Positions 8,901-16,647 of a stretch of 37,997 nt of DNA are shown here, in pieces. A program made the translations under genes and the position numbers. Within the stretch, counting starts at the first letter, position 1. Each line of letters starts with the position of its first letter. Below the pieces are notes generated by a model. The model was not told the DNA's origin. It was given only the letters and a program-made list of their open reading frames with translations, and did not search any database. This DNA is from an uncultured Spirochaetaceae bacterium (lineage in GTDB: Bacteria > Spirochaetota > Spirochaetia > DSM-27196 > PWMO01): positions 1-37,997 of the forward strand of contig CAZLDK010000003.1 of the NCBI GenBank assembly GCA_964558285.1, written 5' to 3'.

Positions 8901-9760
8901 GTAAAGAGCACTGAAAGCCGGATCTGGTTTAGCATCTCTTCGTCTTCGACTTTCCGCTGTCGGGAGTCGACGACCTCGAAGCTGTCTTCGACCTGGTTTT
9001 GGTGTGTTCGGATTTCGACGTGCTCGATCGAGACGTTATGAAAGCTCAGAGCCGTCGAGAGCGTATAGAGAAAGAAGGGGGTGTCTTCCGCGAGGATGAC
9101 GATCCGGGTCATCTCCCGTTCGCTCTCGTCGAACCTGATTTGCGCCGGCTGAGTTTCCGGCGCCTTTCCTCCAAGCCCCTGTCTCAAGGCCTGAACTACC
9201 TTCTCCATCGTGTATCGCCGGGCCTCGGCGTTCTCATTCTTTTCGAGGAGGGTCAAGGCGTAGCCGATTGCTCGCTCCGCCTCGTCGGCGAAACCTTCGG
9301 CTCCTTCGGACGGGAGCCCTTCGAAGCGGTCGATGATAAAGCGCCGGGGACCCTTCGGTGGTCGGCGGCGGACTCCGGCCTCCCTGCGATACCATCGTCG
9401 AGCGCCCCTGACATCCGAGAGCTCGCCTCCATCGGCGGGGGCCGTCGTGTATACGTCCCCGGCCTTGATCGAAAACCCCAGGGCTCCGAGGAGTCCCGTT
9501 AGGATGGCAAACTCCCCGACGTAGTCTCGGGCGAGGACGGTTACGGCGACGAGACGGTCGGGGGTCTCGTCGACGACGATGTGGTACGGCTTCTCATCGG
9601 AGATCTCCGAAAGGTGGCGAAAGTGAGAGCAATACGCCTCTTGAGAAAAGTCGGAGAAGTAGTGGCTCGGAAGGCCTTCGAGGAGCTCCGAAAGAAATCC
9701 GGAGTCTACCTCCGGCAGAAGGGCGGCGAGTTCCTCCGGAGCGGGCTTTGGCTCAGGCAT
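5969..9760 (-). CDS. glnE: bifunctional glutamine synthetase adenylyltransferase/adenylyl-removing enzyme (GlnE) with about 300 aa N-terminal ACT-like extension
   Basis: Two nucleotidyltransferase motifs, GLGKFGGIALGYASDIELLFIY and AFGKLGGAELNYSSDLDLLAVY. Start reassigned to ATG 9760 (MPEPKPAPEE), because the upstream part of the 1351 aa track ORF overlaps glnK and a terminator. Confidence 0.9.
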   Translation of the reverse strand: MPEPKPAPEELAALLPEVDSGFLSELLEGLPSHYFSDFSQEAYCSHFRHLSEISDEKPYHIVVDETPDRLVAVTVLARDYVGEFAILTGLLGALGFSIKAGDVYTTAPADGGELSDVRGARRWYRREAGVRRRPPKGPRRFIIDRFEGLPSEGAEGFADEAERAIGYALTLLEKNENAEARRYTMEKVVQALRQGLGGKAPETQPAQIRFDESEREMTRIVILAEDTPFFLYTLSTALSFHNVSIEHVEIRTHQNQVEDSFEVVDSRQRKVEDEEMLNQIRLSVLFTKQFTYFLGSAPDPYQALLRFETMIQDFLQISQTGQMTGLLSSPRILQDLAKLLGTSDFLWEDFIRTQYEELLPLLESAAEQQPISLPEEKLLTGLRRSLEAAPDWESKKQALNDFKDHQTFLIDLDHILNREIDFFFLSTRLTALAEAVVGEACRLSWDKTTARYGVPRTVAGLSASYAVFGLGKFGGIALGYASDIELLFIYDDNGNTDGAERVSNAEFFERMFHEAVGLIETKREGIFQVDLRLRPHGAAGPVAVGLAAFVSYFQSEAVSLERLALVRLRHVAGDGELGRQVEAARDEIVYRPESIELAELRNLRAIQLAEKQRPGEINAKFSPGGLADLEYTVQLLQVSLGAANPALRTPRIHNALDALVEVGGLTPAVASHLGEAYRFFRRLINGLRMLRGNAKDLFLPSEEALEFSHLARRMGYEGRGGLTAAEELKMEFETTSAEIRAFVESQLGRQAEAPQEVRSVADVILSPRPPDDESFLELLRSRGFSNPGRGVRNLRSLAGEDERRHTFAHLAILAWDLLSRSADPDMALNNWDTFAAQLPEPEEHFRQLQFQPRRLSLLLDIFASSQFLSNVLIRHPEFFEWATSPTVVHRNRNESSLRKELEEERQASVDEDSFMTRLRLFRFREILRIGTRDICLGVPIESVVGDLSALARTILDAALEFAWDQLEQTLESGGARSGVDPGRFCILAFGKLGGAELNYSSDLDLLAVYETDGPGGPEISALYSRCMKLLRHLVTATTAAGNAYRIDMRLRPFGSAGVLVSPVDAVVRYYAEQAENWERQALLKLAPVAGNAEVGHRLLERLRGEITAVGSREELRRSIEQMRRAATDRLGDALDVKDGVGGLRDVEFAVQGLQLIHAADDPELLTGSTLKGIELLRERGLLDPDLSTRLRKDYVFLRRIEHFLQIMEDRQVHAIPEDPAYRGALEKRLIRTESLDGSLESELEAARGRCRRTFEEFVEGKLS

Positions 9761-9785
9761 AGCGTCATTGTAGAAAAGTTTGCCG

Positions 9786-9820
9786 AAAAAAAGGAGGGCA
9801 GGCGGCAACGCCGCCCACCC
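9786..9820 (-). terminator. Rho-independent terminator after glnK
   Basis: Minus-strand RNA GGGUGGGCGGC-GUU-GCCGCCUGCCC forms an 11 bp stem including 2 G.U pairs, followed by UCC and a U7 tract (A-run 9786-9792 on the plus strand). Confidence 0.75.
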
Positions 9821-9872
9821 CCCGTAGGTTGTGATGTGAATAGTGGACCGTTCGATGCCCCGGTCCGGGCCC

Positions 9873-10214
9873 TTATCCGATGGCTTCCTTGCCCTTTTCG
9901 CCGCTCCGAATCCGGATACACTCCTCCATCGGGAGAATAAAGATCTTTCCGTCTCCGATCTCTCCGGTCCGTGCGCCCTTAATGATGGCATCCACCGTCG
10001 TTTGTACAAAGTCGTCGTTGACACCGATCTCGATCCGTGTCTTCTTCAGCAGGTTAACCTCGATGTCTACCCCGCGGTAGGATTCGTGGTATCCCTTCTG
10101 TTGTCCGCAACCAAGGCTGTTGGTCACGGACATCTTGAATACTTCTGCTTTGTACAGCTCTTCCTTTACATCGCTCAGCTTGTGGGGCTGAATGTAGGCA
10201 ATAATTAGTTTCAT
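9873..10214 (-). CDS. glnK: nitrogen regulatory protein P-II (GlnK/GlnB family)
   Basis: 113 aa. [13 protein letters not shown]..., T-loop [20 protein letters not shown], and C-terminal [24 protein letters not shown]. Lies immediately downstream of amt. Confidence 0.95.
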   Translation of the reverse strand: MKLIIAYIQPHKLSDVKEELYKAEVFKMSVTNSLGCGQQKGYHESYRGVDIEVNLLKKTRIEIGVNDDFVQTTVDAIIKGARTGEIGDGKIFILPMEECIRIRSGEKGKEAIG

Positions 10215-10233
10215 ATCGCGTGCTTCCCCCTAC

Positions 10234-11562
10234 TTACATCGAGGTGAAAATCTGGAATCCTGCGTACGACTCCATGCCGTGCTCGCCGATATCCAGACCC
10301 ATCAGTTCTTCGGTTTCGCTCACACGGAGCAAACCAGCTGCTTTCAGAGCACCGAAGAGCACCAACGTCGTGACGACGACCCAGGCAAAGACCGCCAAGA
10401 CACCTATCAGCTGAACGCCGAGCTGTCCAAGGCCACCGCCGTAGAAGAGTCCCACGATACCGGAGTCGTTCACTCCGTCTGCAAAGAGGCCGACTGCCAA
10501 GGTTCCCCAGGCGCCGCAGACGCCGTGGACCGAGATCGCACCAACCGGGTCGTCGATGTGGAGCACCTTGTCGAACAACTCGACGGAGGCGACGACCAGT
10601 ACGCCGGCGATCAATCCGATTAGCACCGCACCCAAGGGGCTTACTACCCAGGTGCCGGCGGTAATTCCGACCAGACCAGCGAGTGCCCCGTTGAGAGACA
10701 TACTCGGGTCCGGCTTGCCGAACCAGAACCAAGAGGTGAACATGGCACCTATTGCTCCGGTGGACGCCGCGAGGGTTGTGGTAACCGCGACGTGGGCGAT
10801 CGTCATATCCGTACCGGACAGGGTGCTTCCGGCGTTAAAGCCGTACCAACCGAACCAGAGGATAAAGACACCCAGGGCAGCCAGCGGCATGCTATGGCCC
10901 GGGATCGCTTTTGCGACCGTCCGTCCGCCGACCTTGACGTACTTGCCTTTTCGGGCGCCGAGTATCAGCGCACCGATCATCGCAGCCCAGGCGCCGACGG
11001 AGTGGACGACGGTACTACCGGCGAAGTCGTGGAATCCCATCTCTGCGAGCCAGCCGCCGTTCCAGATCCAGTGTCCGGAGATCGGGTAGATGAGCGCCGA
11101 GATTACCACGCTGTATAACAGGTAGCCGGTAAACTTGGTCCGCTCTGCCATGGCGCCGGAGACGATAGTCGCCGCGGTCGCGGCAAAGACGACCTGGAAC
11201 ATCCAGTCCCGGAATATCGCGCTGTCGGCACCCGCGAGAAAGAACTGGTCGGTCCCGATGAAACCCCCGGCGGAAGAGCCGTACATCAAGCCCCAGCCGA
11301 TTGCCCAGTAGGCAACGGCACCCGCCGAAAAGTCCATCAAGTTCTTCATGATGATGTTTCCGGCGTTCTTGGCTCGGGTTAGTCCCGTCTCAACCATAGC
11401 GAAACCCGCTTGCATGAAGAATACCAGGGCGGCAGCAAGGACAAGCCAGATCATGTCAAAGGCTTCGCTATAGAGGGCGAGAGTTTCCTCGGTCGTCTGG
11501 GCGAAGAGCGTTGAGCTGGAGAACAGCAGCATTACGCCCAATAGCAGCAACACCTTTCTCAT
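10234..11562 (-). CDS. amtB: ammonium transporter (Amt family)
   Basis: Motifs AGFAMVETGLTRAKNAGNIIMKNLMDF, HSVGAWAAMIGALILGAR and VHGVCGAWGTLAVGLFA. Start set at ATG 11562 (MRKVLLLLGVMLLFSSSTLFAQT signal), which is preceded by a GGAGG SD. Confidence 0.95.
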   Translation of the reverse strand: MRKVLLLLGVMLLFSSSTLFAQTTEETLALYSEAFDMIWLVLAAALVFFMQAGFAMVETGLTRAKNAGNIIMKNLMDFSAGAVAYWAIGWGLMYGSSAGGFIGTDQFFLAGADSAIFRDWMFQVVFAATAATIVSGAMAERTKFTGYLLYSVVISALIYPISGHWIWNGGWLAEMGFHDFAGSTVVHSVGAWAAMIGALILGARKGKYVKVGGRTVAKAIPGHSMPLAALGVFILWFGWYGFNAGSTLSGTDMTIAHVAVTTTLAASTGAIGAMFTSWFWFGKPDPSMSLNGALAGLVGITAGTWVVSPLGAVLIGLIAGVLVVASVELFDKVLHIDDPVGAISVHGVCGAWGTLAVGLFADGVNDSGIVGLFYGGGLGQLGVQLIGVLAVFAWVVVTTLVLFGALKAAGLLRVSETEELMGLDIGEHGMESYAGFQIFTSM

Positions 11563-11599
11563 AAAAGTAACCTCCTGAAAGTGATAGTTGCTGCTGTAT

Positions 11600-11615
11600 T
11601 GCAATGTACGTGCCA
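11600..11615 (-). promoter_or_regulatory. sigma54 (-24/-12) promoter of amtB-glnK
   Basis: Minus strand reads TGGCAC-GTACA-TTGCA, an exact match to TGGCAC-N5-TTGCW. It lies 38 nt upstream of the amt ATG and downstream of a sigma54 activator gene. Confidence 0.75.
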
Positions 11616-11779
11616 AGACCCTGTCTCGCTGTTGGTTTCGAGGGCTGGGCTTCTCTAAGAGTATATGAGCAAGCTATTTAGAGAACTCTATCGGCTCTTC
11701 GAGCGTCGAGGATAAGAGCATTCCGCCGCGTATTTTGAGAGACGCAAACCTACGCAAATGTCGCTAAGCGATACAATAG

Positions 11780-13360
11780 CTACCTATGTGTACGAAAATG
11801 CCGGGTGTCGATGCCGTGCTTCTTGATCCGGAGGCCCATTATCCGCTCGGTAATGTCGAGCATTCGGGCGGCTTTTGCCATGTTGCCCTTCGCCGACTTT
11901 AGAGCGTCCATGATGATCTCCCGCTCGACGTTGTCGAGGCTCTCCTGGAGCGACCCCGAGACCTGGGTGTCGGTCGATTCCGCCGACTGAAGGCTCGGCG
12001 GCAAGTGATGGCTGTGAATCACCTCGTCGACACTCAATAGCACCGCACGCTCGACGCAGTTCTCGAGCTCGCGAACGTTCCCCGGCCAGTGGTAGTTCAT
12101 CAACAGGTCGATAGCCGGGGTAGATATTCTTCGAATGGTTACGTGGTTCTTCCCGGCGTACTTTTCGATAAAGTGGTCCGCCAGGAGCAGAACGTCGCTC
12201 TTCCGATCCCGGAGGGGCGGTATGTGAATCGGGAAGACGTTCAAGCGGTAGTAGAGATCCTCCCGGAAGAGATTCTGGTTCATTAGCTCTTCCAAGTTTC
12301 GGTTCGTAGCCGTTATGACCCGGACGTTTGCCCGGATGGTCTCGTTGCCCCCGACGCGCTCGAACTCCTTTTCCTGCAGTACCCGGAGCAGCTTTACCTG
12401 AAGGGTAGGCGAGAGGTCGCCTATTTCGTCGAGGAAGATGGTTCCGCCGTCGGCGAGCTCGAACCGCCCTTTCCGGGTCTGGATTGCCCCGGTAAAGGAG
12501 CCCTTCTCGTGGCCGAAAAGCTCGCTCTCGATAACGCTCTCCGGGAGAGCCGCGCAATTAACCTTTATGAACGGCTTGGCGGATCGAGGGCTGTTGTAGT
12601 GGATCGCCTGGGCCACCAGCTCCTTTCCGGTGCCGCTCTCTCCGCGAATGAGCACCGTCGCTTCGCTCCGGGATACTTGGGCAATCATGTCGAAGACGTT
12701 CTGCATCGCCTTGGAGTTACCGATGATGTTCGACGGCTTAAAACGCGCCCGGAGCTCCTCGTGGAGACGGGTGTTTTCCTCCTGAAGCTGCCGCTTCTCT
12801 TCCATGATGCTCTGGCGAATCTTTACTGCCTGGGCGATCAATGATGAGATGATGGAGAGCAGTCGTGCGTCGTCTTCGAGGTTCTTCTCGGCGTCGTAGG
12901 GGCGGTCGACACCGAAGGCGCCGATGGTTTCGTTACCCAGCTTGATGGGAACGCAGATGAAGGAAATGTCCTTCTGCCGCTGTCCCTTCCGGGCGCCGGT
13001 CTTGTTCAGAAAGCTCGGATCGTCCGAGACCCGGGGGATAATCCGTGGCTTCCCGGATTCGACGACTTTTCCGGTTATTCCTTCGCCGAGCTTGTAGCGC
13101 CCCCGCTCCTTTTGGGTCTCCGAAAGACCGTGAGCGGCTTCGATAAAGATGTCCCCCGTCTGCCGATCGAGGAGGGTAATGACACCCCGGGTGTAGCCGA
13201 GATGATGCGTAACCGACTGGAGCACCGGATGGACCACTCGGTGGAGGTCGAGACTCTGGTCGAGGAGTTGGCTGATTTCGAAGAGGAGAGAAAGCTCCTC
13301 GAACTTGCCCCGCTCTACGCTCCCGTCGATTGTGGTAATTTCGTCAGACTGGTTGTCCAT
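11780..13360 (-). CDS. sigma54-dependent transcriptional activator, GAF-AAA+-HTH (NifA-like architecture)
   Basis: N-terminal GAF-like domain. Walker [22 protein letters not shown] loop, Walker [10 protein letters not shown], and C-terminal [33 protein letters not shown] 13360 has the SD GAAGGGAGAG and a TACAAT box (13384-13389) upstream. The alternative start 13411 has no SD. Confidence 0.9.
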   Translation of the reverse strand: MDNQSDEITTIDGSVERGKFEELSLLFEISQLLDQSLDLHRVVHPVLQSVTHHLGYTRGVITLLDRQTGDIFIEAAHGLSETQKERGRYKLGEGITGKVVESGKPRIIPRVSDDPSFLNKTGARKGQRQKDISFICVPIKLGNETIGAFGVDRPYDAEKNLEDDARLLSIISSLIAQAVKIRQSIMEEKRQLQEENTRLHEELRARFKPSNIIGNSKAMQNVFDMIAQVSRSEATVLIRGESGTGKELVAQAIHYNSPRSAKPFIKVNCAALPESVIESELFGHEKGSFTGAIQTRKGRFELADGGTIFLDEIGDLSPTLQVKLLRVLQEKEFERVGGNETIRANVRVITATNRNLEELMNQNLFREDLYYRLNVFPIHIPPLRDRKSDVLLLADHFIEKYAGKNHVTIRRISTPAIDLLMNYHWPGNVRELENCVERAVLLSVDEVIHSHHLPPSLQSAESTDTQVSGSLQESLDNVEREIIMDALKSAKGNMAKAARMLDITERIMGLRIKKHGIDTRHFRTHR

Positions 13361-13445
13361 CTCTCCCTTCCGTGCCCTACCAAATTGTAGCTTTTCTGGA
13401 GAATACGACATATCCGACGAGACGTCGACCGATTCGACTCGAATT

Positions 13446-15227
13446 CTACTCTTCTTCGATCATCCCTTCGTAGACGAGTTTTTCCTGACCGCTGAGGGTA
13501 ACGAACTGTTTGTCCTCGAACATGTCGCCGGCGCCGGCAAGGTCCGCGAGGAGTACGATATCCGGGTTCACGGTTCGAATCTCGTCCGGGTCGACCTCCG
13601 TCGGCTCCTCGCTTATCACACCGGCTAGGTTTCGAGCAAGATCGAGAAAGGAACTATCGAACTCTCGGACGACGAGCACTTCGCTCTTATCGCCCTTCGC
13701 TCGGGAAAGGGCTTCTTCGAGGGACGCTCCCGTCACTACTCGGCCGGAGACCAAGCCACCGATTCCTTGACGGCTTCGACCGAGAATGTTCCCGAGAAAG
13801 TGCACCTTGATGGTGTTGACCGGGATCGGAGACTGGATGGGAATGCCGGCCGTGCTCACTACCTTGTCGAACTTGTCTGCGTACCCGTACTTCATCGCGA
13901 GACGAAGCGCATTCTGGATCATTTGTTCGGAGTCTTTGACCAGCTCCGTAATTACCGGAAAGATGCCCCAGTTGAGAAGTAGCTCCCGGGCGGACTGCTC
14001 CGAAGCGGTAACCGCAATAATCGCCTGTTTCGGACGAAATTTGCTGATGATGCGAGGGGTATTTCCCCGGAGGGTAGGGGCGACGATTGCCTTGGCGTCG
14101 ATCTCGTCGGCGACGACGTAGGCCGCCTTGGCCACCGCGTGTCCGATATCTCCCGACCTTCCGTGGAACGAAAAGTACGCCTTGTTGCGCTCGAGGTATT
14201 CCGGGGAGGACTCCACCGCCAGGGCTATTCGATTCATCGTCTCCACCGACTTGACCGGATGCTTCCCCGAGGCCGTCTCTCCGGACAACATGACGGCGTC
14301 TGTACCGTCAAAAATGGCGTTGGCCACGTCGGTCAGCTCTGCCCGGGTGGGGCTCGGGTTGTGGATCATCGAATCCAGCATCTGCGTTGCGGTTATGACC
14401 GGCTTGTTCTCCCGGTTGCACTTTTCGATTATTCGCTTTTGGGCCAAGGGGATCTCTTCAATGCTCAGTTGGACACCCAGGTCACCCCGGGCGACCATAA
14501 CTCCGCCGGCGATGCGGATAATCTCGTCGATGTTGTCGAGACCTTCCTGGTCCTCGATTTTTGCGATGATGGGGATCGAAGCGCCGTGAGACTCGACAGT
14601 CTCCCGGATCAACCGGACATCTCCCGGTTTCCGGATAAACGACGCGGCGATGTAGTCCACCCCCACCGACACCCCGAAGGCGATGTCGCTCTCGTCCTTC
14701 TCGGTCATCGCCGGCAAGCTGGTCCGGACCCCGGGGACGTTGACGTTCTTTCGGCTTCCGAGGGTGCCGCCGGAGCGAACCACACAGAAGATCTCGGAGC
14801 CTTCGACCTTTTCAACCTCCAGGTCGATGAGCCCGTCGGCGACGTAGATGTGCCCTCCGGGTTGCACCTTTTCCGGTAGCCTCCGGTAGCTAATGCTTAC
14901 GCGGTTTTCGTCTCCTTCGAACTGCTCCGAGCTCAGGACTATCTTGCTTCCATTGGCCAGGTCGATTTTCTTGTCTCCGACGAGAATCCCCGTCCGGATC
15001 TCCGGACCCTTGGTGTCGAGGAGCGTCGCGCAGGGAATGCCGACCCGCTCGCTTATCCCCCGGAGGCGGCGGATGCGTTCGAGGTGTTCGTCCTGGTTCC
15101 CGTGGGAAAAATTGAAACGGGCTACATTCATGCCCGCTTTCAAGAGCGCTTCGACGCTTTTCTCGTTATCCACGGCGGGACCGAGGGTGCAGACAATCTT
15201 GGTTTTCCGTAGGGATCTCCGCGTCAT
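13446..15227 (-). CDS. pyk: pyruvate kinase with extra C-terminal PEP-utiliser-like domain
   Basis: 593 aa. [23 protein letters not shown] and ATQMLDSM motifs. The extra C-terminal domain of about 110 aa resembles that of Bacillus/Geobacillus PK. Confidence 0.95.
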   Translation of the reverse strand: MTRRSLRKTKIVCTLGPAVDNEKSVEALLKAGMNVARFNFSHGNQDEHLERIRRLRGISERVGIPCATLLDTKGPEIRTGILVGDKKIDLANGSKIVLSSEQFEGDENRVSISYRRLPEKVQPGGHIYVADGLIDLEVEKVEGSEIFCVVRSGGTLGSRKNVNVPGVRTSLPAMTEKDESDIAFGVSVGVDYIAASFIRKPGDVRLIRETVESHGASIPIIAKIEDQEGLDNIDEIIRIAGGVMVARGDLGVQLSIEEIPLAQKRIIEKCNRENKPVITATQMLDSMIHNPSPTRAELTDVANAIFDGTDAVMLSGETASGKHPVKSVETMNRIALAVESSPEYLERNKAYFSFHGRSGDIGHAVAKAAYVVADEIDAKAIVAPTLRGNTPRIISKFRPKQAIIAVTASEQSARELLLNWGIFPVITELVKDSEQMIQNALRLAMKYGYADKFDKVVSTAGIPIQSPIPVNTIKVHFLGNILGRSRQGIGGLVSGRVVTGASLEEALSRAKGDKSEVLVVREFDSSFLDLARNLAGVISEEPTEVDPDEIRTVNPDIVLLADLAGAGDMFEDKQFVTLSGQEKLVYEGMIEEE

Positions 15228-15252
15228 AGTTACTCCTTCCTCGTGTCGATCG

Positions 15253-16062
15253 CTAGAGCTCGAGGCTTCCTGTAACGTACTGAAGATCCTGGACCGAGAC
15301 CATGACGCCAGGGGTTCCGAGCGGCTCTCCTGGAATCAGAGAGATTTTGCGTACGAGGTCGTTACAATGGGCTGTCTTTACCATCGCCTGGACGTAGCGG
15401 ACGTCCTGTTCTCCTCCGTCTCCCCATAGAGTCGCGAAGAGCGGAAGACGATGAAGATAGTACGACGGGGCCTTGAGCTCCTGTACCAGAAGCATGCCCT
15501 CGGTGTACGAGGTCACCACCTCCAGCACGGACTCGAAGAACGCTTCGTTTTGTACATACACGTGGAGGAGGGACAGTGTCCGATCGGGTTCGTCGTCGTC
15601 AAACTTAACCTCTTCGAGGATTCGCCGCCGAAGCTCTTCGTTCGACTCGATGGCTACCAGCTCGTCGACGAGTCTTGGAACTCTCGTGAGCCTCGAGAGG
15701 GCGGAGAGCAGTTTGACGTGGCGGGTGCGCCCGCTCGTGGGACCGACGATAAAGAAGATAAGCTTGACCGGCTTATTGTCCAGAGACTGAAAGTCCAACT
15801 CACCGTCGACGGTAATAGCACCCACGACGAAGCTGTCAAGATTCTCCAAGCTACAGTGGGGAATCGCTATTCCCTCCTCGAAACCGGTGCTTGCCCGGGC
15901 TTCCCGAGCTCGAATTGCCGTAAAGACCGTATCGGTTTCAAGCTTGTACAGTACCGGACTATGGGCGGCGAGGCGGGCAACCTCCCTGATCGCTTCCTCT
16001 TTCGAGGCGAAACGACGCCGAGCAACGACGCACTCCGGGCGCAAGACCGACTCGAGGCTCAT
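15253..16062 (-). CDS. PTS EIIA type-2 (PtsN/EIIA-Ntr-like) domain protein with about 120 aa C-terminal PII-like extension
   Basis: N-terminal 150 aa carry the EIIA-2 pattern with the histidine motif GIAIPHC. The C-terminal part shows a beta-alpha-beta-beta-alpha-beta sequence pattern. SD AGGAGAG is present. Spacing to pyk is tight (25 nt). Confidence 0.8.
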   Translation of the reverse strand: MSLESVLRPECVVARRRFASKEEAIREVARLAAHSPVLYKLETDTVFTAIRAREARASTGFEEGIAIPHCSLENLDSFVVGAITVDGELDFQSLDNKPVKLIFFIVGPTSGRTRHVKLLSALSRLTRVPRLVDELVAIESNEELRRRILEEVKFDDDEPDRTLSLLHVYVQNEAFFESVLEVVTSYTEGMLLVQELKAPSYYLHRLPLFATLWGDGGEQDVRYVQAMVKTAHCNDLVRKISLIPGEPLGTPGVMVSVQDLQYVTGSLEL

Positions 16063-16086
16063 TTCTTGACTCTCCTGTTTTCCGTG

Positions 16087-16545
16087 CTATTCCTCTTCCT
16101 CTTCTTCCCGGAGGAGAAAACGGAACTCCTCCTGGGAGACAACGTCTTCCGGCGCGTCGGCACCGACGGCTCCTTGCTGCAAGGCAGCCTGGATTTCCCG
16201 GGCTTGTGCCTCGTGAGACTCCAAAAGCCGGGTGAGCTTCGGAAAAAAATCCGTGAGCTCTCCCGATAGTGCTACTCTGCCGTTCACACAGTCGTCGAGA
16301 AGCTCCACGTATCCGTTGATGCCACGAAGGAGCATCCGGAGGTATTCGGTACGGTGGATCAGCCGGAAATTGTCCCGAAGTCGTTGAAGTATCTGGTTTA
16401 TCGCGGAGTCGACGAAAAGAATCTCTTCCACTATCTTCTCTTTGAAAATAACCGGATCCACGTCTAGGTTCATACCCGTGCTAAGGGTTTTGACCATGGT
16501 CTGTACGTAAAAAATGCTGTCGTCGTAGTTTACTGAGACTGCCAT
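16087..16545 (-). CDS. hypothetical protein (152 aa, helical, poly-Glu C-terminus)
   Basis: Start trimmed to ATG 16545, because the longer track ORF overlaps rpsF. Ends ...FLLREEEEEE. No SD, and GC is visibly lower than in the neighbours. First gene of the minus-strand cluster. Confidence 0.5.
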   Translation of the reverse strand: MAVSVNYDDSIFYVQTMVKTLSTGMNLDVDPVIFKEKIVEEILFVDSAINQILQRLRDNFRLIHRTEYLRMLLRGINGYVELLDDCVNGRVALSGELTDFFPKLTRLLESHEAQAREIQAALQQGAVGADAPEDVVSQEEFRFLLREEEEEE

Positions 16546-16557
16546 ATTGATAGAAAC

Positions 16558-16623
16558 TTGACACACAGTAGCCCAAGTGATAGGTTTTGAAAACCTCTTT
16601 GCCACCGTCTTTATTTCGGTGGC
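16558..16623 (+). promoter_or_regulatory. candidate rpsF promoter (TTGACA-17-TAGGTT) and 5' leader hairpin
   Basis: TTGACA 16558-16563, 17 nt spacer, TAGGTT 16581-16586. Palindrome AGGTTTT-G-AAAACCT at 16582-16596. Hairpin GCCACCG(16601-16607)/CGGTGGC(16617-16623) with a 9 nt loop, about 25 nt before the ATG. Confidence 0.35.
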
Positions 16624-16647
16624 CGCGTATGTCCATAAGGAGGAACT

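Noticed and set aside
9761-10024. N-terminal 88 aa of the 1351 aa track ORF for glnE
   Set aside because: This part overlaps glnK in another frame and runs through the glnK terminator hairpin. The translation (…[26 protein letters not shown]…) is non-protein-like. The start was moved to ATG 9760.
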